NCBI GenBank assembly: GCA_025928265.1 | Contig: JAICJV010000006.1 | Span: forward strand, 7,694-71,693 | Length of the DNA stretch: 64,000 nt | Direction of reading: 5' to 3' | Origin: Thermoleophilaceae bacterium | Lineage (GTDB): Bacteria > Actinomycetota > Thermoleophilia > Solirubrobacterales > Thermoleophilaceae | Shown here: positions 37,802 to 47,354 of the stretch, one piece after another | How the letters are laid out: each line of letters starts with the position of its first letter | Numbering within the stretch: the stretch's first letter is position 1 | The notes under the pieces: generated by a model | What the model was told of the DNA's origin: nothing | Seen by the model: only the letters and a program-made list of their open reading frames with translations | Databases searched by the model: none | Made by a program: the position numbers and the translations under genes

Positions 37802-40066
37802 CTAGCCGGTCGTGAACGTCAGCGGCGCGCCGTTGCCGTTGCCGTGGCGGTCACGCATGCCGCGCGCCGGGATCATCACCCGCGATCCCGGCTTGGCGCG
37901 GATCACGAGCAGCCCCTTGCGGAAGCGCAGCCGCCGGCGCTTGCCGTTCACCCTGATCACGGCCTTCCCGCTCGACGCGAACTGCGGGCGGTAGGTGAGG
38001 TCGGCGGTCCAGTCGCCGGGCGGGTCCCCCACGTTCTCGTGCGCGATCGCCGCCGGATACGCGAGCCGAACCCCGTTGATCCCCGCACGGGTCACGGAGA
38101 GCGCACTCGTCGGCACCACGCGGAACGCCCGCGAGACGACCCGGTAGTGGTTCGCCGTCACCACGAAGCGGTAGTGGCCGGTGGCGACGCCGAGCGGCAC
38201 CTCCCAGCGCGCCGTGTAGCGGCCGTTCTGATCGACACGCCAGAGCACGTTCAGCCCGAGGTCGGAGTCGACCGAGCGCCAGCGCCGGTGCTTGCCGTGC
38301 CGCTGGAGCCGCTGAATCGTGACGAACGCGGTGTCGAGCGGCCGGTCGTAGCCGCGCACCGCCCCGGCCCACGAGAACTCGGGGTGCCTGAGCCGGCCCA
38401 CCAGCGGTGACGGCTGCGCCATCACATGCGCGCGCGTGGCTCCTGTCGGGAACGCCGGGCCCGCGGGCGACACGCCGTTCGTGGGGTCGTACGGATACGC
38501 GGGAGGCGCCGGCTTGCCGGCCGCGAGCGCCGACGCGAGCCCCACAAGCGCCTCCTCGAGGGCTACCGAGCTGGCCCGGCCGTACACCGTCGCGGCGCCC
38601 TCGTAATGCTGCGCGTCGTACTCCTCCGGTGTCGTGAAGTAGTCCGCGTACTCGTTCGCGAGCCCGGACACGATCGCCGCCTTGATGCCGCCGGGCGCGG
38701 CCGCCTGCACGACCGCCGCGCGCACGCGCCGCCCCATCTCCTCGGTCATCTCGCCGGGCACCGACGCGATCAGCCTGTCCCCCAGCCGCACTGTCATCAG
38801 CGGCACGGCCTTCGGCACGTCGAGCGGGATCGGCGCCTGCTCCTTGTCGCCCTGGGGGTCGTTCGGGATCCCGACCGGCAGGTGGTCGCCCTCGAACGGG
38901 ACGCGCGTCTCGTCGTAGAGCGGGCCGCGTCCCTCCTCCGAGCCGGTGAACTCCGCCAGGCCGAACGACGCGCGATCCGCGACGGGGCCCGCCGCCGTCT
39001 CCTGACCGCAGAAGCACATGCGCGTCCAGCGCCAGTCGAACGCCGGCCGGCGCTGCATGTGCGCGCCCGCGTCCTTCCAGGCCTGCAGGAACGCCCTGGC
39101 CTCGACGCGCCCGACGTAGTCAGCCGCCGCCGGCCCGGAGCGATTCAGCCCGGACGACTGGTCGCCCTCGTCGCTGTTCCCGTACACCGCCACCACGTCC
39201 TGGCTGCGCGGGATCCTGTAGCGCCTGCGCAGCGCCCCCTCGACCCCGTGCGTTGCCGCGCCGTGGTGGTCCTCGTTGTAGTAGGTGAACTGGAACTTGT
39301 TGACCGTGCCGTGGTTGGCGAACGTCGACCAGATCCCGACCGGCACGCGGCGCTTCCCGATGTACTTGTCCACACGCAGCACGTGGCCCTCGTGGTCGAT
39401 CGTGTGGAGGAAGCCGTCGGGGTCGAGCGACGCGCTCCCCTTCCCGTACGGCAGGTGGATGCCGTGGTCGTAGAGATGCGCCTCGATCGAGCGGTTCTGC
39501 GTCAGGTTGTCGATCGACACCTGGCCCCAGCCGATCGCGCCGCGGCTGAGGTTGGCGTTCGCGCGCCGGATGGCGAGCGCGAGGCGCCCCACCATGAACG
39601 CGTACAGGCGCTGGTCGAGCGTCCCCTGCAGGTCGAACTGCGTGGGCGACCGCAGCGTCATGAACACCGAGTTGTAGGTGCTGAAGTTGTAGAACGACGT
39701 GGGCGCCGCGTGGGTGTGCGACGCCGAGTCGAGCACGTTCTGCTCGGAGAAGCCGATGTCGCGATCGGCGTCGGCGGCCTGCTTCATCATCCCGCCGGGG
39801 ATGCCGTTCAGGTCCTCGGCCACGAGCGCCAGCTTGCGGTTGCCCTGCTTGAGAACGATGACGCGCGCCCACAGCCGCGTGTGCTGGCCCTGGATCACGC
39901 CGTCGGAGCGGACCCAGCCCATCATGTAGTAGCCCGTCGGCGGGGTGATGTCGGCGCGGCCGACGCCCACCTCGATCGGCGCCGGGGACGCAGCAGCGGC
40001 GGTCGCCGGGAGCGCGAGGAGGATCAGGGCGAAGACGAGGACCAGACGCGGCACGCGCCGAATCAT
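37802..40066 (-). CDS. Exported neutral/alkaline ceramidase-family hydrolase with extra basic C-terminal module
   Basis: It has the signal peptide MIRRVPRLVLVFALILLALPATAAA. The blocks GVGRADITPP.GYYMMGW and DSASHTHAAP are typical of neutral ceramidases. The start is taken at ATG 40066 within the longer ORF. Confidence 0.85.
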   Translation of the reverse strand: MIRRVPRLVLVFALILLALPATAAAASPAPIEVGVGRADITPPTGYYMMGWVRSDGVIQGQHTRLWARVIVLKQGNRKLALVAEDLNGIPGGMMKQAADADRDIGFSEQNVLDSASHTHAAPTSFYNFSTYNSVFMTLRSPTQFDLQGTLDQRLYAFMVGRLALAIRRANANLSRGAIGWGQVSIDNLTQNRSIEAHLYDHGIHLPYGKGSASLDPDGFLHTIDHEGHVLRVDKYIGKRRVPVGIWSTFANHGTVNKFQFTYYNEDHHGAATHGVEGALRRRYRIPRSQDVVAVYGNSDEGDQSSGLNRSGPAAADYVGRVEARAFLQAWKDAGAHMQRRPAFDWRWTRMCFCGQETAAGPVADRASFGLAEFTGSEEGRGPLYDETRVPFEGDHLPVGIPNDPQGDKEQAPIPLDVPKAVPLMTVRLGDRLIASVPGEMTEEMGRRVRAAVVQAAAPGGIKAAIVSGLANEYADYFTTPEEYDAQHYEGAATVYGRASSVALEEALVGLASALAAGKPAPPAYPYDPTNGVSPAGPAFPTGATRAHVMAQPSPLVGRLRHPEFSWAGAVRGYDRPLDTAFVTIQRLQRHGKHRRWRSVDSDLGLNVLWRVDQNGRYTARWEVPLGVATGHYRFVVTANHYRVVSRAFRVVPTSALSVTRAGINGVRLAYPAAIAHENVGDPPGDWTADLTYRPQFASSGKAVIRVNGKRRRLRFRKGLLVIRAKPGSRVMIPARGMRDRHGNGNGAPLTFTTG

Positions 40067-40112
40067 CAAGGACGCGGGGCGATGAAGCGCCGGTGCGCTT
40101 AGAGTGCGGGCC

Positions 40113-40877
40113 ATGGTCGTGGTGATCACCGGCGCGTCGAGCGGAATCGGCGAAGCGGCCGCCAGGCACTTCGCCCGCGAGCACGGTGCCCGCTGCGTGC
40201 TCGTTGCCCGGCGCGCGGACCGGCTTGAGCAGCTGGCCGGCGAGATCGGCGGCGGCGCGAGCCACGTGGCGGTCGACGTGACGGAGCCGGACGCGCCCGC
40301 GCGTATCGCAGAGCACGTGGGCGACGACGTTGACGTGCTGGTGAACAACGCCGGCGCCGCCTGGCGCGAGCCGTTCGCCGAGGGCGGCTGGGAGGACGTG
40401 CGCCGGACGATGGAGCTGAACTTCAACGCGCCGGTGCGGATCACGGAGGCGCTGCTGCCGGCGCTCCGCAAGCGCGGCGGCGCGGTGGTGAACATGGCGA
40501 GCGTGGCGGGGCGCGTGGCGCGGCCACGCACCGGCGCGTACTCCGCCAGCAAGGCGGCGCTGAACGCGTGGACCGACGCGCTGCGTGCCGAGGAGGCCGA
40601 CAACGGCGTGCACGTGGGCGCCGTGCTGCCCGGCTTCATCAAGACCGAGGGCTTTCCCGCGCGCGAGCTGCTCGCCAATCCCGCCACGCGCTGGATGGTG
40701 TCGACCCCCGACCGCGTGGCCGAGGCGATCGCCGACGTGGCGCTCGACCGCCGCGCCGAGCGGATCGTGCCGCGCGGCTACGGCGCGTTCATCACCGCGC
40801 GGACGCTGATGCCGCGGCTCGCGTTCCGGATGACGCGCGGCGGCGCGTTCACGACGAGCACCGGGGGCGAGGAATGA
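40113..40877 (+). CDS. Short-chain dehydrogenase/reductase (SDR)
   Basis: It contains VVITGASSGIG, NNAG and YSASKAAL. GTG 40104 is an alternative start. Confidence 0.85.
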   Translation: MVVVITGASSGIGEAAARHFAREHGARCVLVARRADRLEQLAGEIGGGASHVAVDVTEPDAPARIAEHVGDDVDVLVNNAGAAWREPFAEGGWEDVRRTMELNFNAPVRITEALLPALRKRGGAVVNMASVAGRVARPRTGAYSASKAALNAWTDALRAEEADNGVHVGAVLPGFIKTEGFPARELLANPATRWMVSTPDRVAEAIADVALDRRAERIVPRGYGAFITARTLMPRLAFRMTRGGAFTTSTGGEE

Positions 40878-41716
40878 CCGACTTCACCGAGATCAACTAC
40901 GAGGTCGGCGACCAGATCCTCACGATCACGCTCGACCGCCCCGACCGGATGAACGCGTTCACGCCGACGATGCTCGAGGAGCTCCTGCGCGCATTCGACA
41001 TGGCCGACGCCGACGACGACGTGCGCGCCGTGGTGGTCACCGGGGCGGGCCGCGCGTTCTGCGCCGGCGCCGACCTCGAGCGCGGCGGCGAGACGTTCGA
41101 CGCAAGCGCGCGCCAGCACGGCGACGAGCCGCACCGCGACGGCGGGGGCCGCGTGACACTGCGGATCTTCGAGTCGACCAAGCCGGTGATCGCCGCGATC
41201 AACGGGGCGGCCGTGGGCGTGGGCATCACGATGACGCTGCCGATGGACGTGCGGATCGCCGCCGAGGGCGCGAAGATCGGCTTCGTCTTCACCCGCCGCG
41301 GGATCGTGCCCGAGGCGGCGTCGAGCTGGTTCCTGCCGCGCATCGTGGGCATCAGCCAGGCGGTCGAGTGGGCGGCGACGGGGCGTGTGTTCGACGCGGA
41401 GGAGGCACTGCGCGGCCGGCTCGTGCGCAGCGTGCACCCGCAGGGCGAGGTGCTCGACGCGGCCTATGCGCTCGCGCGCGAGATCGCCGACAACGCAGCG
41501 CCTGTCTCGGTGGCGCTCGCGCGCCGGATGATGTGGTCGATGCTCGGCGCCGACCACCCGCTGGCCGCGCACCGCGCCGACTCGCGCGCGATGTTCCTGC
41601 GCGGCCAGTCCGACGACGTGCGCGAGGGCGTGATGTCGTTCCTCGAGAAGCGGCCGGCGCGCTTCACCGACCGCGTGAGCGACGGGCTGCCCGAGCTGCC
41701 ACTTCCCCAGGCCTAG
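40874..41716 (+). CDS. Enoyl-CoA hydratase/isomerase (crotonase) family protein
   Basis: It contains ITLDRPDRMNAF, VVVTGAGRAFCAGADL and PVIAAINGAAVGVG. The ATG overlaps the upstream stop (ATGA). Confidence 0.9.
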   Translation: MTDFTEINYEVGDQILTITLDRPDRMNAFTPTMLEELLRAFDMADADDDVRAVVVTGAGRAFCAGADLERGGETFDASARQHGDEPHRDGGGRVTLRIFESTKPVIAAINGAAVGVGITMTLPMDVRIAAEGAKIGFVFTRRGIVPEAASSWFLPRIVGISQAVEWAATGRVFDAEEALRGRLVRSVHPQGEVLDAAYALAREIADNAAPVSVALARRMMWSMLGADHPLAAHRADSRAMFLRGQSDDVREGVMSFLEKRPARFTDRVSDGLPELPLPQA

Positions 41717-43233
41717 TCGTCCGACGCTGTGGCCACGACCGTCGGCCGCGACCGGCCGCGCAGCTCCACGCTCTCGCCCGCCCGCCAGCGCATCCGTTCG
41801 CGCGCCGCCGCGCGCTCGAGCGCCGCGTCCGACGCCAGCAGCCGCTCGGGCGTGGACTTCGCCAGATCGGTGAGCCGCGCAGCCTCGTTCACCGGGTCGC
41901 CGATGACGGTGTACTCGTAGCGCTCGGGCGTGCCGACGTTGCCGGCCACCACCATCCCGGCCGACACCCCGATGGCCGCCTGGACGTGCGGCAGCCCGCG
42001 GTCGAGCCGCTCGCGCAGCGCTCGCGCCGTGGCCAGCGCAGCGCCGGCCGCGTCGGGATGCGCACCCGGCGCGCCGAACACGCACAGTGCGGCGTCGCCC
42101 TCGAACTTGTTCACCCAGCCGCCGTGCAGCGTCACGCAGTCCACGACGATCGCGAAGAACGCGTTGAGTTCAGCCACGACGTCGTGCGGCTCCCACGTCG
42201 CCGCCATCGAGGTGGACCCGACGACGTCCACGAACAGCACCGCCGCCTCGCGCGTCTCCCCGCCGAGCTCCACGTCCTGCGAGGCCAGCGCCTCGCGTGC
42301 CACGTCCTGCCCCACCTGCCGGCCGAACAGGTCGCGTAGCCGGTCGCGCTCGCGCAGCCCCTCCACCATCGAGTTGAAGCCCGACTGGAGCATTCCGACC
42401 TCGCTCGCGTCGTCGACCGTGACGCGGGTCTCGAGCATTCCGTCCTCGACGTGCGCGAACGCGGTCCGTAGCCCGGTGAGCGACTCGGACAGCGTCCCGG
42501 CCATCGTCGAGTTGACGAAGTAGCCCGCGAGGATGCCGACCGCGCCAAGCGCTATCACCGCCACGGCGATGCTCTCCGGCGACACAGCCACCCCGCTCAG
42601 GATCATCACGCCCAGCAGCGCGAGCGCCGCCAGCGGCACGACGGCTCCTGCGACCCACACGAGCGTGAGGTGGGCGCGCACGCCGAAGCGGCCCGCCTCC
42701 GATCGCTCCAGCGGCGTTCGCGCGAGCGCCTCCGCCACGAGGGGTCGGCTCAGCCGTGCGTCGAGCAGGTAGGCGAGGGCGCACGTGGTCAGCCCGCCGA
42801 GCAGGATCTCCACCCCCGTCTCGAGCGCGAGAGCGGGCGACCAGAACGCGTTCAGCACAACGAACGGCACCGCCGCAGCCACCCACATCACGGCTTCGTT
42901 GCGCACCAGCGTGAAGCCGAAGTTGACGCTGGCGTCGCGCTCGGCGGGCGTCGGCGCACGCTCCTCGCCGATCCACACGGACGCCGCGCGCCAGGCACGG
43001 TTCGCGTAGATCGTGGCGAGCGGGAAGCCGACCACGAGCACCACGCCCAGCACCGCGAGATTGAGAAGCCGGAGCTCGTGAGTGTCCTGCACATGCGGTG
43101 CGGGAATCACCCACACGCCGAGCACGAACACGACGAGCGCCCCTGCGACGTTCGCCGCGATCAGCGCCGCGGCACACCGCCGCGAAACGCGTCTTGCAAC
43201 AGTCGGGAAGCCGGACTCACCCCGCATCTGCAT
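41713..43233 (-). CDS. Membrane adenylate/guanylate cyclase (class III) with HAMP domain
   Basis: It has about 6 TM segments and a HAMP-like linker. The cyclase blocks are AAVLFVDVVGST and KFEGDAALCVFGAP. Confidence 0.85.
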   Translation of the reverse strand: MQMRGESGFPTVARRVSRRCAAALIAANVAGALVVFVLGVWVIPAPHVQDTHELRLLNLAVLGVVLVVGFPLATIYANRAWRAASVWIGEERAPTPAERDASVNFGFTLVRNEAVMWVAAAVPFVVLNAFWSPALALETGVEILLGGLTTCALAYLLDARLSRPLVAEALARTPLERSEAGRFGVRAHLTLVWVAGAVVPLAALALLGVMILSGVAVSPESIAVAVIALGAVGILAGYFVNSTMAGTLSESLTGLRTAFAHVEDGMLETRVTVDDASEVGMLQSGFNSMVEGLRERDRLRDLFGRQVGQDVAREALASQDVELGGETREAAVLFVDVVGSTSMAATWEPHDVVAELNAFFAIVVDCVTLHGGWVNKFEGDAALCVFGAPGAHPDAAGAALATARALRERLDRGLPHVQAAIGVSAGMVVAGNVGTPERYEYTVIGDPVNEAARLTDLAKSTPERLLASDAALERAAARERMRWRAGESVELRGRSRPTVVATASDD

Positions 43234-43253
43234 CCTCCCCTGGTCAGCGGATG

Positions 43254-44222
43254 CTAGGGATGTTCCGCCGCTGCGGCGCCGTGTGTGTGAGACGGCTCAC
43301 GGCGACGCGCGACAAGGCGCGGCGGCAGGCGACCGTCGGTCGACAGCCACGAGCCCGCGAGGATGAGCAGCAGCCCCGCGATCGCTCCGGCGCCGGGCCG
43401 CTCGCCGAGGATCGCGACGCCCAGCCCGACGGCGACCACAGGGTTGATGTAGGTGATGACCGCGGCGCGCCCCGCTCCCACCTCCATCAGCAGGACGCTG
43501 AAGATGACGAACGCGATCGCCGTGCAGAAGATTCCGAGCACGACCATCGCGACGACGGCGTCGCCCGAAGGGACCTCCGTCGGCGGGTCGAGCAGCGCGA
43601 ACGGCGTGAGGAGGACCGCGGCGATGGCGAGGCTCGCGCCCATCGTCGCGCGCGAGTCGATGCCGCCGAGCGTGCGCCTGAACACCATCGGCCCGGCCGC
43701 GTAACCGAGCGCGGCCAGCAGGATCGCACCCACGCCGAACAGCTCGTCGGCGCGGCCGGCCACGTCGATCCCCACGAGCGCGACCACGCCGCCGAGCCCG
43801 ATCAGGAGCCCCACGAGACGCCTGCCGGTCGCGCGCTCGGACTGGTCGAAGCGGATAGCCAGCAGCGCGATGAACAGCGGGACCGACGCGATGATGATCG
43901 CCGCGAGCGACGACGCCACGTGCTGCTCGCCGACCGCGATCATCGGGAACGGGATCGAGATCTCGAGCACGGCGTAGGCGGCGAGCCAGCGTCCCTTCCC
44001 GCGCAGGCTGCGGAGCGATCCCGCCTGCCACGCGAGCAGGAGCAGCACCACGGCGGCGAGCACCACGCGCGCCCACGCGACGAACGCCGGTGGCACGCCG
44101 TCGTCGACCGCCACCTTGATGAACAGGTACGGGATCCCCCACAGGGCCGACATGCATGCGAAGGCGATCCATGCGCGCGTGCTCACCGCGATGAATCTAT
44201 GCCGACGGTGCGACCGCCGCAC
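43254..44222 (-). CDS. DMT-superfamily (EamA-like) transporter
   Basis: It has ten hydrophobic segments and two EamA-like halves. The N-terminal Met choice is uncertain. Confidence 0.8.
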   Translation of the reverse strand: MRRSHRRHRFIAVSTRAWIAFACMSALWGIPYLFIKVAVDDGVPPAFVAWARVVLAAVVLLLLAWQAGSLRSLRGKGRWLAAYAVLEISIPFPMIAVGEQHVASSLAAIIIASVPLFIALLAIRFDQSERATGRRLVGLLIGLGGVVALVGIDVAGRADELFGVGAILLAALGYAAGPMVFRRTLGGIDSRATMGASLAIAAVLLTPFALLDPPTEVPSGDAVVAMVVLGIFCTAIAFVIFSVLLMEVGAGRAAVITYINPVVAVGLGVAILGERPGAGAIAGLLLILAGSWLSTDGRLPPRLVARRREPSHTHGAAAAEHP

Positions 44223-45270
44223 GGCGACGGCCGTCGGCCCTCAGGAGCCAGCGCACCACGGCCGGAGCGGCGAGGATCATCACGAACAGCCGCAGCCCCT
44301 GGACGGCGAGGACGAAGGTGGTGTCGGCGCCGCTGCCGTAGGCGATCGGCAGCACCGCATACAGCCCGCCCGGTGTCGTGGCCAGATACGCGTCGAGCAG
44401 GGTCACGTGCGTCGTGAGCGTGAGCAGCCAGCCGAGTCCCAGGCAGGCGACGAGCAGCGCGAAGATCGCCACGCACACCGGCAGAATCAGCCGCGCGATC
44501 TGCCGCAGCGTGTCGCGCTCGAAGCCGAGTCCGATGTACAGGCCGATCAGCGCGAAGCCGATCTCGCGGAGAAGCGGCGCGACCTCGAGGTGGATGGCTC
44601 CGCTGAGCGTGAGCGCCGCGGTGAGCAGCAGTGGCCCGAGCAGGATCGGCGCGGGGATCCGCAGCTTCGCGGCCGCCGCGCCGCCGGCCACCGACAGGGC
44701 GATCACGAGCAGCCAACTTCCCGCACTCCCGAGCAGCGGGCCGCCGCCGGCGACGTTGCCGATCGAATGGGTGCCGGGGAAGACGAGCGGGACGAGCAGC
44801 GGCGTGAGCAGTGACACCACCAGCACGCGGAAGTACTGCATGAACGCGACGAGCCGGTCGTCGCCGCCGAGATCGTCGGCCATTGCGACGATGCCGGATG
44901 CTCCCCCCGCCACCATTCCGAGCGACGCGGTCGGCCGGTCGACCGTGGCGATCCGCGCGAGCAAGAGCCCGGCGACGATGGTCACCACCAGCGTCGCGAT
45001 GCTCACGAGCGCGACGCTGATCCAGCGGCTTCCGAGCTGCGTGAGCGTGGACGACTCGAGGAACGTGCCGATCGCGACGCCTGTGATCGCCTGCCCGACC
45101 TGGAACGAGCCGCGCGGGAACCAGAACCGGCCCGGGGCGAGCAGCGCGTACCCGAGGCCCACGATCATCGCCACGAACAGGTAGCTGGACGGGAGCCCGG
45201 CCTTGCCCGCGAGCCAGCCGCCACCGACCGTCGCGGCGGTGGCGATCGCCCAGTGGGCGGCGATGCTCAG
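44197..45270 (-). CDS. AbrB-family (COG3180, duplicated) membrane protein
   Basis: It is polytopic with repeated halves (LP..YLF.AMIVG.. / LR.P.PILLGPLL). The only in-frame start near the first TM is a CTG overlapping the upstream stop (CTGA), so the start is uncertain. Confidence 0.65.
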   Translation of the reverse strand: MSIAAHWAIATAATVGGGWLAGKAGLPSSYLFVAMIVGLGYALLAPGRFWFPRGSFQVGQAITGVAIGTFLESSTLTQLGSRWISVALVSIATLVVTIVAGLLLARIATVDRPTASLGMVAGGASGIVAMADDLGGDDRLVAFMQYFRVLVVSLLTPLLVPLVFPGTHSIGNVAGGGPLLGSAGSWLLVIALSVAGGAAAAKLRIPAPILLGPLLLTAALTLSGAIHLEVAPLLREIGFALIGLYIGLGFERDTLRQIARLILPVCVAIFALLVACLGLGWLLTLTTHVTLLDAYLATTPGGLYAVLPIAYGSGADTTFVLAVQGLRLFVMILAAPAVVRWLLRADGRRRAAVAPSA

Positions 45271-46889
45271 GAACGGACGATCAGGACGTCGCACGGGGCC
45301 TCGTCGGTCGCCGCGTCCGCGAGGCTGCGCACCAGCGGGACGCTGTGCGACGGCGCGCCGACCACGAGCAGGGTGGCACCCGACTCGCGCGCCTGCGCGA
45401 GCAGCGCGGCCGCGGCGTCGTCGTGGTCGCCCGAGCTCGTGACCACGCCGCCCGTGGCGGAAACGCCGCGCTCCGACAGCAGCTGGAGGTTGCGCGCGAT
45501 CGTCTCGCGCGCGACCTCGTCGCTCTCCAGCACGACTGCATCTTCGATGGCTGCCCGGTCTTCGCGCACGTGCACCAGCTTCACGGTAGTGCCGCGTGCG
45601 AGAGCGGCGCGGCCTGCCGCGGCACTCACGCGCTCGCCCACGGGCGACGCGTCGATCGCAGCCACCACCGGGCCGAGGGCGAGCGGTGCGGGCACCGGCA
45701 CCGGCTCCTCCGCGTCGCGTCCGGCTTCGCTCGCGTGCAGGTCGCGGCGCGCGACTGCGAGCACCACCAGCGCCAGCGCGACGGCGCCCGCCGCGACATA
45801 GAACGGCATGCCGGCCGAGACGTGCTCGGCCAGCCGGCCCGCGAGCCACGGCGCGACCGCGCCACCGGTGAAGCGCAGGAAGCTGTAGGAGGCCGAAGCC
45901 GTCGGGCGCTCGACCGGCGAGACCTTCATCACGGCCTCGGTGAGCACGGTGTTCACAATCCCCGAGAACGCGCCGGCCACGATCACCCCGACGGCCAGCA
46001 CGGCCTGCGAGTTGATGCCGATCGCGAGCGCGAGCAGGTTGAGCGAGAACAGCACGAAGGCGATGCCCAGCGATCCCGGCACGCCGAACCGGCGCTTGAC
46101 GACCGGCGCGACCACCACCGAGAAGAACGCGACCATCAGCCCCCAGCCGAAGAACACGAAGCCGAGCGCGTGCGCCCCCATGCGGAGCGGGAACGGCGTG
46201 TAGGCGAGCAGCGTGAAGAAGCCGAAGTTGTAGAAGATCGCCATCACGCCCACGAGCAGCAGGCCGCGGTGCTTGAGGGCGACGAGCGGCGCGCGCGCCG
46301 GGAGCTTCTCGGCCGGCTTCGCCGGCGCCTGCAGCAGCACCATGATCGCGATGAACGCCACGCTCATCAGCACCGCCACGCCGAAGAACGGGCCGCGCCA
46401 CGAGATGCCGCCGAGGAAGCCGCCGAGCAGCGGGCCGCTCGCGATGCCGAGGCCGAGCGCCGCCTCGTAGAGGATGATCGCGCCGGAGACGCCGCCGCTC
46501 GCAGCGCCGACGATCACCGACAGCGCCGTGGCGATGAAGAGCGCGTTGCCGAGACCCCAGCCGGCGCGGAAGCCGACGATCTCGCCGACGCTGCCGGACA
46601 GGCCCGCGAACGCGCTGAACGCGATCACGAGCGCCAGCCCGCCGAGCAGCGTGCGCTTCGCGCCGAGACGGCTCGACACCCAGCCGGTCACGAGCATCGA
46701 CACGCCGGTGACGGCGAAGTAGCTCGTGAACAGGAGCGACACCTGGCTCGGGCCCGCGTTCATCTGCCTGGCGAGGACGGGAAGGATCGGGTCCACCAGG
46801 CCGATGCCCATGAAGGCGACGACACAGGCGAACGCCACGGCCCATACGGCCTTGGGCTGCTTGAGCAGGCTTGGCTCGGTGGCGGTCAA
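45267..46889 (-). CDS. MFS transporter fused to a C-terminal universal stress protein (Usp) domain
   Basis: The first about 400 aa form a 12-TM MFS body. The last about 140 aa are Usp-like (VVAAIDASP...LVHV...LLVVG...VLIV). Confidence 0.85.
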   Translation of the reverse strand: MTATEPSLLKQPKAVWAVAFACVVAFMGIGLVDPILPVLARQMNAGPSQVSLLFTSYFAVTGVSMLVTGWVSSRLGAKRTLLGGLALVIAFSAFAGLSGSVGEIVGFRAGWGLGNALFIATALSVIVGAASGGVSGAIILYEAALGLGIASGPLLGGFLGGISWRGPFFGVAVLMSVAFIAIMVLLQAPAKPAEKLPARAPLVALKHRGLLLVGVMAIFYNFGFFTLLAYTPFPLRMGAHALGFVFFGWGLMVAFFSVVVAPVVKRRFGVPGSLGIAFVLFSLNLLALAIGINSQAVLAVGVIVAGAFSGIVNTVLTEAVMKVSPVERPTASASYSFLRFTGGAVAPWLAGRLAEHVSAGMPFYVAAGAVALALVVLAVARRDLHASEAGRDAEEPVPVPAPLALGPVVAAIDASPVGERVSAAAGRAALARGTTVKLVHVREDRAAIEDAVVLESDEVARETIARNLQLLSERGVSATGGVVTSSGDHDDAAAALLAQARESGATLLVVGAPSHSVPLVRSLADAATDEAPCDVLIVRS

Positions 46890-47317
46890 CGGTTCTCCTC
46901 GGCGTTGAGCTTTTGCAGGGCGGGGACCGCGTTCTCGAGGGCCCGCCGCTCGTCGGCGTCCAGGCGCTCGAGGCGCTCGCTGAGCGCGGCGGCGCGGGCA
47001 CGGCGGCGCTCCGTGAGCACGCGCTCGCCCTCGCCCGTGATGACGGCGAGGACCGCGCGGCGGTCGGCCGGGTCCTCGCGCCGCTCCACGAGCCCATAGC
47101 GCTCGAGCCGGCTGACCAGCGTGGTCATCGACGGCTGAGCGACCGCCTCGCGAGCGGCGAGCTCGGTGATGCGCTGCGGCCCGTCGTCGCGCAGGAGCGC
47201 GAGCACCGACGTGGCCGTCCGGCTGAGCTCCGGCTTCGCGCCCCGCAGAAGGGAATGCGCGAGGCGGACCAGATTGAGCTCGAGATCCTCGATCAGAGTG
47301 TCTGCCGCGGTCGCCAT
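46886..47317 (-). CDS. MarR-family transcriptional regulator
   Basis: 143 aa with a winged HTH (LALLRDDGPQRITELAAREAVAQPSMTTLVSRLERYGLVER..DPADRR). The stop overlaps the MFS-Usp start. Confidence 0.9.
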   Translation of the reverse strand: MATAADTLIEDLELNLVRLAHSLLRGAKPELSRTATSVLALLRDDGPQRITELAAREAVAQPSMTTLVSRLERYGLVERREDPADRRAVLAVITGEGERVLTERRRARAAALSERLERLDADERRALENAVPALQKLNAEENR

Positions 47318-47332
47318 ATAGACAATCTATAT
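47316..47332. promoter_or_regulatory. Candidate MarR operator: inverted repeat ATATAG-acaat-CTATAT
   Basis: This is a perfect 6-bp inverted repeat in an AT-rich island. It overlaps the marR start codon within the 37-bp fliD-marR gap. Confidence 0.3.
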
Positions 47333-47354
47333 AGCAGCACTATGTAGTTGCCGA

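Noticed and set aside
44197-47097. A single 966-aa ORF spanning the AbrB, MFS-Usp and MarR region.
   Set aside because: Only its 3' third (44197..45270) reads as a membrane protein. Upstream of that, the frame is Arg/Pro-rich shadow sequence overlapping the well-supported MFS-Usp (45267..46889) and MarR (46886..47317) genes in other frames.
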